From Candidatus Cloacimonadales bacterium (lineage in GTDB: Bacteria; Cloacimonadota; Cloacimonadia; Cloacimonadales; DAONDQ01), in NCBI GenBank assembly GCA_963662275.1, contig OY759316.1, positions 2,112,001 to 2,176,000 on the forward strand: a DNA stretch of 64,000 nt, given 5' to 3'. Position 1 is the stretch's first letter. Each line of letters starts with the position of its first letter. Shown one piece after another: positions 37,373 to 46,003 of the stretch. The notes below the pieces were generated by a model that ran no database searches, was not told the DNA's origin, and worked only from the letters and a program-made list of their open reading frames with translations. The position numbers were made by a program, and so were the translations under genes.

Positions 37373-38913
37373 TTATTTTTCCTCCCGTAGTAGTCTGCAC
37401 CTCTGGTAATACCAAAATCAGAAGCAGGATCATTCTTTGCAGTCTCTGCCGCATTATTGATCTTATCAAAACCCGTCTTGAGTATGGTTTGGATATTTTT
37501 ATAACCGGGATTGGGTGTATAAGATAATGCCCTTTGACATGCACTTTCGAGCCTCTGCACAGAATACCTGTCAGCTGATTTCAGAAGTGCCATACAGGAA
37601 CGGTATCCCTGCTGTTCAACACGATAGGATGCCAGAATAGACTTAATTACGATCATCGTATGTTCCCCTATTTCCTTTGCCCAGGAGATAAACCTCTCTG
37701 CATTCCATTCCTGATATTTCTGATGCTGTTCAGGCATATGTTCAGGGAGTGTCTGATACTGACCGGGATGACCAAATTTCCTGACATGGGAAGCGATTCT
37801 GTTGGAGTTATAGAAAACCTCGACAACTCTGCTTGTGATGCGTACATCCACATAGTATTTTATGTATTCATAAGGAACCGAATAGTACATCTTATCCACG
37901 CTTATATGATAATTGAACTGTACTGTTGCCTTTGACCAGGCAGCAAGCTCATATGGCGACAATGACAATGGAATAAGCATGGGCTGTTCTTCTGCCTGAA
38001 AGACACTTTCTCTGCTTCCTTCTTTCTTTTGAAAGGGCTTGGTATTGAACTCTCCCAGTTTTTCCCTGATTGACATATTGAGTTCATGAAGCGAAAAGAA
38101 TGTCTGGTTTCGCAAGGCAGCAATGATCCAGGTTGAGATGACTCCAACTGTGCCTTCTGCACTGGGCTTATCCTTTGGTCTTCTAACTCTGGCAGGTATT
38201 ACCGCAGTATCGTAATAAGCAGACATTTCTCCATAGGTTCTGTTGATAACGGGAGTATACCACGACACATGGTCAACTCCCGTCTTAAGATTATCAGGAA
38301 CAAGTATTTTAGTAACTCCATTAAAGTACTTGAAGCTATTTATATGAGCCTGAATCCAGCTTTCCATATTCATGGAAAGAAAGGCTTCCACATAGGAATA
38401 ACCACTGTACGGGAGGGTTGCTACAAAAACATAGGCTTTGATCGGTTCACCGGTAATGTTGTTTTTGATGGCGGCAGTCTGTCCAGCCCAGTCCACTTCC
38501 AGCTTTTCTCCTGGTTTGTGTTTTATTCGCATGGTTGCTTTTGTCTTTTGTGAGTAATCATGGTAATGTTTGCAAAATTGCGTATACTTGTAGGGAATAG
38601 CCTGATTATTCCTGCATCCCTCAGAGTATTCATGCCAGAGTAGCGACAGTGTTACACCACTCTTGGCAAGTTCCTTGTGTATGTGTTCATAATCAGGCAT
38701 CTTCTGCGGGTTTGACGATAAGTAAGCCGGAAAGAGCTGCTCTTCGATCATCTCATTTGTTAATGTATCAGGAAGCGGCCATTCAAGGCTCTGGTCTGTT
38801 GCCCTTTGAATGATCATCGACACGTTATTGCGGGAACAGGATAAACTCGCCGCTATGCCTCGTCTGCTTATTCCCTGGCTGTGTAAGCGAAGGATCTCTC
38901 GGTAATTGGTCAT
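37369..38913 (-). CDS. istA: IS21 DDE transposase
   Basis: N-terminal HTH, HKPGE.LEVDWAG, LVPDNLKTGV, RPKDK..AEG; SD ggaggt before ATG at 38913. Confidence 0.95.
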   Translation of the reverse strand: MTNYREILRLHSQGISRRGIAASLSCSRNNVSMIIQRATDQSLEWPLPDTLTNEMIEEQLFPAYLSSNPQKMPDYEHIHKELAKSGVTLSLLWHEYSEGCRNNQAIPYKYTQFCKHYHDYSQKTKATMRIKHKPGEKLEVDWAGQTAAIKNNITGEPIKAYVFVATLPYSGYSYVEAFLSMNMESWIQAHINSFKYFNGVTKILVPDNLKTGVDHVSWYTPVINRTYGEMSAYYDTAVIPARVRRPKDKPSAEGTVGVISTWIIAALRNQTFFSLHELNMSIREKLGEFNTKPFQKKEGSRESVFQAEEQPMLIPLSLSPYELAAWSKATVQFNYHISVDKMYYSVPYEYIKYYVDVRITSRVVEVFYNSNRIASHVRKFGHPGQYQTLPEHMPEQHQKYQEWNAERFISWAKEIGEHTMIVIKSILASYRVEQQGYRSCMALLKSADRYSVQRLESACQRALSYTPNPGYKNIQTILKTGFDKINNAAETAKNDPASDFGITRGADYYGRKNK

Positions 38914-39612
38914 TGCATTGACCTCCATGAATTGATTTACACTGATACAGTGCATTAATTCATGTTGGTTTTTTCTTTCAAAATAGCAAGGTGGCTCTAT
39001 TTTAGCGAAGACGTGGCTCTAAAACTCCGTACAAGTGGCTCTCATTTAGAATATTATTCAATTGCCCAGTTTATTGATAATTCCACTGTTTTGATCCGCC
39101 ATATAGTAGTTCAGGTATTCTTCGACTTGCGTTTCATTATACTGTTGGATGCTGTTTTGTTCTTCCGCAATATCAGAAGCGAAAATGCATTCTGCAATGA
39201 AGGTATCGGGTTGGCTGGTGAAATAGAAGACTACATATTCTTTCAAGTTTTCGGGGAGTACCAGGTATTTACCTTTTGTTCTATTTTGCAGGATATAAGC
39301 GTAAGAACTTTTGAATACATTCTGGAATTCGAAAGCCATCTTGCTTTTCCTTGAATAACGGAATTGCAGGATGTCCTTATGATCAGGATAATCTGTCTCA
39401 CTGAACCCGACATTGTTGAGGTTAACTTCATATTTTGTATGATCAAGAACAATATGAACTTTTTGACTAGAACCTTTCTCCCTGGTGCTTGGCAGTAACT
39501 CATAGATCATTTCACGAAAAGCGTTAGTTAATGTGATACCGTCAGTCAGTAAAGACCAATCCACTACTTTTTTGAAAGCATAGAGATTATTGCTGCTCAT
39601 ATACGTTCCTTT

Positions 39613-39975
39613 CTATTTTATCGATTTGGACGTATTTGCTTTTTTCAATTTCTTTTGAATAGATTTAACTTCTTCTTCCGTAAAATCAGAATTAACATCT
39701 TCAATGTCCAAATAGTTATATAACTGATAAAGTACAGCAACCACATGCTCGCATACATCTCCCCTATTATCCGGACAAGAGCATTTCCAGGATTTGATCT
39801 TTTCACCGGATAGGGTTATGCTGACGTTATACTTAGTTTTTCCACTGATAACGGCAGTCCACTTCCCTGGTCCTGTGATTGTGAGCTTCTGAACACGATT
39901 CGCATTACAGTAATACATGCCTTTATCCAAGATATCTACTGGTAACTCGGCTTCAAAGTTTTTGAGTGTTAGCAT
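39613..39975 (-). CDS. Short SWIM zinc-finger protein, 120 aa; truncated paralog of the upstream gene
   Basis: CSCP....VCEH SWIM motif; collinear with the N-terminus of 40161-41966 and the same RBS region (ggagttcttatgctaac). Confidence 0.75.
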   Translation of the reverse strand: MLTLKNFEAELPVDILDKGMYYCNANRVQKLTITGPGKWTAVISGKTKYNVSITLSGEKIKSWKCSCPDNRGDVCEHVVAVLYQLYNYLDIEDVNSDFTEEEVKSIQKKLKKANTSKSIK

Positions 39976-40010
39976 AAGAACTCCTTTTAGTAAGCGTACA
40001 GGGTACAAGG

Positions 40011-40163
40011 TCAGTAGGATCGGCATCCTACTCCACATAAGTTCAGTAGGATCGGCATCCTACTCCACATAAGTTCAGTAGGATCGGCATCCTACTCCAC
40101 ATAAGTTCAGCAGGATCGGCGTCCTACTCTACGAAGGTTCAGCAAGAACGGTGTCTTGCTTTA
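40011..40163. repeat. Tandem REP-like array, 32-bp unit x5, degenerating to the right
   Basis: tcagtaggatcggcatcctactccacataagt at 40011, 40043 and 40075 (identical), 40107 and 40139 (diverged); each unit carries a hairpin; no spacers. Confidence 0.9.
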
Positions 40164-41966
40164 CAGAAGATCAGGGAAAGAGCGTTTGAATATCTCTTTC
40201 ATTGCAGGTCGGTTGGAATGGGTGGTTAACAAGTATTTTAATGTGGATTGAACAACCTCTTTTCCGCCTTGTATTTTCAGCATTTTCTTTAAATAACGGG
40301 CAATCATTTCATAGGAATAACGGTCGGTAATTTTGCCCTGCTCAACCATTTTGTCTGCATAGATCGTAAGCATTTCAGCCGGGTATCTCTTCGTAAGATG
40401 TTTGGCATATTCATCAATAAATTGCAAAGATAATTTACTATGTTGAATCATACTTAATAAACGGTCGATGTAGCCTTCTGTAATGAAAATATCTGCAAGA
40501 AATGAAGCTCTGTATATCACATCATCTTTTGATTTGTTGAGGTGATAATCGATGAACTCTTCTGCCTTATCTTTCCAAAGATCAGCTGGATAGAGAGCTT
40601 TCATTTTGATATAGTAATCATGCTTACAAGCCTTATCCCAATATAATTCTTCGGCATATTTCTGTTGATCCGGTATGTTGTTTTCCAATTCAGCAATATT
40701 ATGAAGATGCCCCAGATAGGTTGAACCGATATGCCTGAATTCCTTGTTCTTGCCATTCATTATAGCTTCTCTGCACAGAATCTTTGCTTTCTCGAAGTTA
40801 CCTTCCGTTATACATTTTTCGATAAGCATCTGTCTGAAAGATTCGAATTGGAGATTGGACATGATAATGGCATTCGCTTCTTCAATACGTTTACTATTTT
40901 GAAAGTAATAATACTTCTTTAGCATCAGATTCTCAACCATATGCTGCCTGTTCTTAGAACTGCTGTTTTCCTTTATCTGATTATCCAAAAGAGAAAGAAA
41001 CAGCTTTTCCTGCTCTTGAGAGTGAATCATATCAGCCATGATATCAAGATAATAATCGGCATTATCGGTATTGTATAAATACGGTTTATGATATTCTTTC
41101 ATAATATAATCGAACATTTCGTTTTGAAATTTCGAATCAGCATTACTATGGATAAAGGCAACTGTGTTTACTATTTCATTCATTAATCCGGCAAGATAAT
41201 CTTCAGAATTTTCTGTGATTCTCTTAGCCTTTAGTATCTGTTCCGTTATGTTCTGACAAATAGCCCAAGCCTGCATTGTGTCCTCTTTTTCTGTTAATGC
41301 AATGGCTTTTTTGATGAGATCAGATAATTCATCATAGCATTCAGAGTTATTTTCGAAGGAATCGAAGTCGTCGTAGTCTTCGTAATCATATTCTTCGTAA
41401 TCTGAATAATCAGCAAATTTATTGATAATTTCAGAAACTATCTTCTTGTATTTTTTAAAAGGATCACCAGGTATTTTGTCTGAAAAGTAATGTGTAAAGT
41501 AAGTATGAGCTTCATCAACATCCTTAAAGATATCTTCACAAAACTTAATTAATTCAGGCATTGTGAGACTCGCTAGAATCAGTGCGGTTTGCTTATCCTT
41601 GGCATCTTTTTTAGGCTTTAGAGCTTTGGCTTTGCTAATTTCCTTAACAAGAAATTCAGTCTCTTCTTCAGTAAAGTCATCATCCTGATCAATAATTTCC
41701 AGATGATCATACAATTTGTATATTACAGCCACCACATGCTTGCAAATATCTCCCATATCATATGGGCAATTACAGTGCCAATCCGTGATGTTTTCTCCGT
41801 TCAGGGAGACTTGTACTTTGTATTTATTTGTACCATGTACAACAGCTTTCCATAAGCCGGGTTTTGATTCAGTCAGCATGTTGACACGCTTTTCACGATA
41901 GTAATCATTTCCACGATCTAAAATCGAATCTGCAATTTCTACTTCAAAGTTTTGAAAAGTTAGCAT
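40161..41966 (-). CDS. SWIM zinc-finger family protein with a helical C-terminal region
   Basis: 'ILDRG..YY', 'W.A.V.GT..Y.V', CNCPY....CKH; C-terminal 'RPAM.E'. Confidence 0.85.
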   Translation of the reverse strand: MLTFQNFEVEIADSILDRGNDYYREKRVNMLTESKPGLWKAVVHGTNKYKVQVSLNGENITDWHCNCPYDMGDICKHVVAVIYKLYDHLEIIDQDDDFTEEETEFLVKEISKAKALKPKKDAKDKQTALILASLTMPELIKFCEDIFKDVDEAHTYFTHYFSDKIPGDPFKKYKKIVSEIINKFADYSDYEEYDYEDYDDFDSFENNSECYDELSDLIKKAIALTEKEDTMQAWAICQNITEQILKAKRITENSEDYLAGLMNEIVNTVAFIHSNADSKFQNEMFDYIMKEYHKPYLYNTDNADYYLDIMADMIHSQEQEKLFLSLLDNQIKENSSSKNRQHMVENLMLKKYYYFQNSKRIEEANAIIMSNLQFESFRQMLIEKCITEGNFEKAKILCREAIMNGKNKEFRHIGSTYLGHLHNIAELENNIPDQQKYAEELYWDKACKHDYYIKMKALYPADLWKDKAEEFIDYHLNKSKDDVIYRASFLADIFITEGYIDRLLSMIQHSKLSLQFIDEYAKHLTKRYPAEMLTIYADKMVEQGKITDRYSYEMIARYLKKMLKIQGGKEVVQSTLKYLLTTHSNRPAMKEIFKRSFPDLL

Positions 41967-41980
41967 AAGAACTCCCTGTT

Positions 41981-42180
41981 GAATTAAAAATTAAAAATTA
42001 AGAATTGGGAGTCAAGGGAATTACAGAAAATGATCGGAACGCCTCACCCCGTGAGGTGGCACAACGCACCCCGTGCGTTTCGAACTCGGTAAGGAATATT
42101 GGTGTTCGCGGAAATATGTTACCACGGCGGGGTTTAATATAATCGGGGATTCGCTCACCCATAGCTCACGCTATGGGCTA
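41981..42180. repeat. Heptamer repeat plus REP-like hairpins
   Basis: gaattaaaaattaaaaattaagaattgg at 41981-42008; cctcac/gtgagg and cgcac/gtgcg hairpins at ~42040-42080; cccatagc/gctatggg at 42158-42177. Confidence 0.6.
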
Positions 42181-42194
42181 TCATCTGCAATTCT

Positions 42195-44681
42195 TCAATA
42201 GAGAATTAGCTTCTTATTGGAGATGTTTTTGCTGGATTCCAAACGCAGGAAATAGATGCCGGGACTACAGATATTACCGCTGGAGTCTTTGCTATTCCAG
42301 GTTAAAGTCTGCTGCCCAGAAGTTTTGGTTCCGCTAAAGAGAGTAGTTACGCATTGTCCTTTGATGTTATAGACACTTACTGTGATGTTTTCAGTCTTTG
42401 CCAGGTTTAATTCAAAGGTAGCAATCCCATGGAAAGGATTGGGATAGATATGATTGATCGTTGCCTGGATGGACGGAAGATAGTTATCATGAATACCCGT
42501 AAAACTACTGACAGATGTAACATTGGAAGACATGCTATAGCCAACGGTGAAAAAAGAACGCAGTCTATAGTAATATTTTTGCTGCGCAGGCAGATTGCCC
42601 ACAACATAACTTGTTACATTATTGACGTTTAGATTCTGGTAACCGGTCACATAATGAGTGAATAGACTATCTGTTGCCACATCTAAAACATAAGAACCGG
42701 CATTCACCGCAGAAGTCCAGTTAGCAGTAAAACCGGCGGGATTAATATTCGTGGCATTCGTTGTAGTCGGAGCCCAAATCATATTCACAAATTCGGGGTG
42801 GTCAATGAAAGGATTACGGTTTCCCTGCCGTTCCTGGATACGGTTATTCCTGCGCAGCTCCCAGGAGTCGGGAGGGTCTTGGACATGCCATTGCAGAAGA
42901 GTGGACAGCTTGCCGTAATAGGGTGAACTATTGGTGGATGCAGGAGTAGTATCAGCCATTTCCAAATTATAAGATGTATCTGTTCCCTCATAACGTACAG
43001 CCATATAAAGAAGCATACGGGCAATATCTCCCTTTTCCACAGACCTGGGTTCATAGGAATCAGCATCGGTGTAGCAGCCCGTAACTCCGGAATATGTGCC
43101 ATAAGGAGCATCACTGATGACTGGAGTTCCACCATCATCAAAGTCTTTGTTACCTTTGGAACCATTCACAAAGGCATCGGCAGGACGTAGATGATGCAAA
43201 TCTGTTCCTGCTGGAGCAACATCACCGAAGTCACCATGGCTTTTAGACCATGTATGTTCACGAGTCCATACATTAGTTCCCACACCATAATAGCTTTTGG
43301 GAACAGACCAGCCTGTATATTGCTCAATGATGTTGTTTGTATTTGTACTGTCTTCATCTGTATATTGAATCTGTGTCCAAAGAGCATCATATGAAAAATG
43401 GGTTAGGTGAGTTGTTCGAATTAAATTACTGAGATTGGATTTCAAAGCTGCACCAGTGCCAGTAATATCATCGTAATAACCCGTAACCACTGCATTGAGA
43501 GTTGTACTATTTGCCGGATTCCCCTGTGCTGCTACAGTATTATATAATGAGGCAGCATTGTCTCCATTACATTCAAATATCCTGAACCAGTAGTTCGTAG
43601 CAGGAGTAAGATTGGTAGCTGTAACAGCGTTAATCTCCTGACTTTCAACGACCTGGGTGGCTCCATTATAAATGACCTGTTCCCCACTTCCCGAATAGGC
43701 TGTATTTGCAGGATAATCAGTTCCATTCACAGGAAGAGTGAAATTATTCACAGTATTGATCTTTACAATTCTTTTGGCTCCGTTACCAGGAATCCAGGTT
43801 GCCTGGATGGAATAACTGCCCGGATAAAAGACAAGATTCGTGGACTGAATTGTAGGTACAACAATATTTCCTGAATGAAACACAACATCTTCTCCATAAC
43901 TTGTTCCTGAGCTATTGGTTGCATAAGCCCGAACATAATAGTCCGTTTCTGGCTGCAAGCCTGTAATATTGCTTGTAAAAACACCAATGCCAGTACCGTC
44001 GCTGGTAAAATTGTTCGTTAAATTCGGAAACGGAGATGAATTCCAGCAAACCCCTTTTGTAATGATGGCAGAAGTACCGGAATAACCAATATCGCCTCCA
44101 CCTGTTGCAGCATTATATATGATACTAGTAACCGTAGAAGTTGTTACCATCGGCATTACGCTACTTTGGTAATCAGTGATTATGATATCATGTACATACA
44201 ATACATGACTGGCTCTTGCAAGCCTGATTGTCGTTGGAGTCTGAATATTTACATTATAGGAGTAAGTGGAACCTGCCGATGTTATACCAGTGAAAGTAGT
44301 GATATCATCCCAGTTTGCTCCATTAAGTTTTTGCAGTTTGATAGATCTTCCCGTTGAACCAGCTACAAGATGGAATTCAACCTGACCAATAGATGGCAGC
44401 TCAGGAAATTGGGCACAGCCATTTGTAGCTTGTACCTGGATTTTACCCATGGAGCAGGTGCCTGTTGCCATGGCATTCGGAGTGACGATACATGAAGTCA
44501 AGGTGACTGTTCCTGCCGGAATAGCCTGTGTATAATTGCCGTAGGCTGTTTGAGCTGTCCAGTTCTGAATGTTTTCATCGATTAGGGTAAGTGCTGAAAG
44601 AGTAACTATACTAATCATCATAATTAGGAGTAGTGAGATAACTTTCTTATATTTGATATTGCCTACATCAAGTTTAATCAT
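42195..44681 (-). CDS. Secreted endonuclease I-family nuclease with FN3 domains and T9SS-like CTD
   Basis: REHTW.KS, TDLHHLRP, N..KGN, KGDIAR.L.YM.VRY, W...DP.D.WE..RN..I...QGNRNPFIDHPE; FN3 repeats; 'YPNPF...YNIKGQ...GIYFLRL' CTD. Exact start uncertain (44681 or 44699). Confidence 0.88.
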   Translation of the reverse strand: MIKLDVGNIKYKKVISLLLIMMISIVTLSALTLIDENIQNWTAQTAYGNYTQAIPAGTVTLTSCIVTPNAMATGTCSMGKIQVQATNGCAQFPELPSIGQVEFHLVAGSTGRSIKLQKLNGANWDDITTFTGITSAGSTYSYNVNIQTPTTIRLARASHVLYVHDIIITDYQSSVMPMVTTSTVTSIIYNAATGGGDIGYSGTSAIITKGVCWNSSPFPNLTNNFTSDGTGIGVFTSNITGLQPETDYYVRAYATNSSGTSYGEDVVFHSGNIVVPTIQSTNLVFYPGSYSIQATWIPGNGAKRIVKINTVNNFTLPVNGTDYPANTAYSGSGEQVIYNGATQVVESQEINAVTATNLTPATNYWFRIFECNGDNAASLYNTVAAQGNPANSTTLNAVVTGYYDDITGTGAALKSNLSNLIRTTHLTHFSYDALWTQIQYTDEDSTNTNNIIEQYTGWSVPKSYYGVGTNVWTREHTWSKSHGDFGDVAPAGTDLHHLRPADAFVNGSKGNKDFDDGGTPVISDAPYGTYSGVTGCYTDADSYEPRSVEKGDIARMLLYMAVRYEGTDTSYNLEMADTTPASTNSSPYYGKLSTLLQWHVQDPPDSWELRRNNRIQERQGNRNPFIDHPEFVNMIWAPTTTNATNINPAGFTANWTSAVNAGSYVLDVATDSLFTHYVTGYQNLNVNNVTSYVVGNLPAQQKYYYRLRSFFTVGYSMSSNVTSVSSFTGIHDNYLPSIQATINHIYPNPFHGIATFELNLAKTENITVSVYNIKGQCVTTLFSGTKTSGQQTLTWNSKDSSGNICSPGIYFLRLESSKNISNKKLILY

Positions 44682-44791
44682 TTGTAACCTTCCTTTCATG
44701 TATTTATTGTATTTTTATAAGCAGTATTTTGTCAATTCAAAAACTATAGGTTATTGAAGAATATGAGACTGAAGTTTAGTAGCGAGTTAAG

Positions 44792-44873
44792 AACAGACAA
44801 GACTGTCTGTTGTTCGCAGAAGTTTCGATATCGGGACGATTTCTCACAGAACAGACAAGACTGTCTGTTATAC
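44792..44873. repeat. Two identical REP-like palindromes
   Basis: aacagacaagactgtctgtt at 44792-44811 and 44850-44869, in the divergent intergenic region. Confidence 0.75.
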
Positions 44874-44967
44874 AGGTTTCGAGGTTACAAAATTAGTATG
44901 AGAATTAAAGGACAGCGGAATAATTATTGCATATAAGCAGAGAGTATAAAATATTCTGGAGGAATGA

Positions 44968-45984
44968 ATGCGTTTTCTGATCGTCATTCTTGGAGTTATG
45001 CTAATTATTCTTGCCGGGTGCGCAAAAGCGAACAATCCGGCTGATACATCTGTTATGGAATTAATGGGATCAATACCAACCGTGGGGAATCCACTTAACA
45101 TCGATGTTTCTCCTACAAAAATCTATGTTGCTGAGGATCTTGCAGGTGTTTCTATCATCAATCGCAGTAATTTTCAGCGAACCTGGTATACGCAAGTTAT
45201 CGGGAGAGATGGTACAATACGTGATCTCTATAGAATAAAAAATATATCTGCCGTGGACAATGAACATCTACTGTTTGTAAACGAAGTCGACCAGGCGGAT
45301 GAGATTCAGATTATCAATACTTTAGAACATCCAGATACTCTGACGATAATTGATACTGCAATTGGTGGTACAGGTGGTATTACGGATATGAAGTTCGCAG
45401 CAATCACCGATACAACTAGCCTTTACTCCATTGAAGGTACAATTGTAAATGGTAAAGAATTTCAGTGGGGTGGTTATTCTAGGGAATTAGATGCATGGTA
45501 CGGATTCACTCAGAATATAGCTCTTCCAACCTTTTTGGGAGGATTTGCGCTTACGAATCAATATATTTATTTGGCAGCCAAGCAGCGCGGTCTAATGATT
45601 TTAGATCGTACGAGCGGAGCAATTGTTAGTGAATTCGATTTACCAGGTGAAGCAAATAAGATTGCCATTCAAGGTAATTATGCATATGTTGCCTGCCGCC
45701 AGGAAGGTTTACAGGTTATTGATATTACTAACATTAACAATCCTATAAAGGTTTATTCTTTTGATACAACAGGATATGCCAGTTCCATTTCCGTAAATGA
45801 CCATTACGCTCTTGTCGGTTCCGGAGGTGGTGGGTATTATCTATTCGATATATTGAATCCTCATAAAATACGTTTACTTGAAAACAATGTTTCCATTGGT
45901 TATGTGAATGATGTTGTAATAGATGGTTCTGATGCCATTGTCGCAACACGTGACCAAGGAATTTTAGTTTATCGTTTACCCTAA
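44968..45984 (+). CDS. LVIVD-repeat beta-propeller lipoprotein
   Basis: Lipobox LAGC; repeats such as 'GNYAYVA...GLQVIDITN..NP'. Confidence 0.8.
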   Translation: MRFLIVILGVMLIILAGCAKANNPADTSVMELMGSIPTVGNPLNIDVSPTKIYVAEDLAGVSIINRSNFQRTWYTQVIGRDGTIRDLYRIKNISAVDNEHLLFVNEVDQADEIQIINTLEHPDTLTIIDTAIGGTGGITDMKFAAITDTTSLYSIEGTIVNGKEFQWGGYSRELDAWYGFTQNIALPTFLGGFALTNQYIYLAAKQRGLMILDRTSGAIVSEFDLPGEANKIAIQGNYAYVACRQEGLQVIDITNINNPIKVYSFDTTGYASSISVNDHYALVGSGGGGYYLFDILNPHKIRLLENNVSIGYVNDVVIDGSDAIVATRDQGILVYRLP

Positions 45985-46003
45985 AATACAAAGAGGTGTT
46001 TTT

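Larger units (their letters stand above)
36380..39060 (-). mobile_element. IS21-family insertion sequence, 2681 bp
   Basis: TG...CA ends; imperfect terminal IRs with repeated GAGCCAC boxes; 5-bp target duplication ATTGC at 36375-36379 and 39061-39065; carries istA and istB. Confidence 0.95.
36090..39600 (-). pseudogene. HNH endonuclease (McrA-like C-terminal domain), 274 aa, interrupted by IS21
   Basis: Joining 39600-39061 to 36374-36090 gives an uninterrupted frame (...GIINKLGN|IKIRKYNRSIG...) with CQICG, EIHHID, NLLVICPNHHR. Confidence 0.88.

Noticed and set aside
36407..39033. Shorter IS21 boundaries at TGTACG...CGTACA
   Set aside because: There is no target duplication at these ends. 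The ends 27 nt further out give TG...CA, the ATTGC duplication and in-frame restoration of the HNH gene.
40011..40163. CRISPR array
   Set aside because: The 32-bp units are contiguous with no unique spacers, and there are no cas genes in the window.
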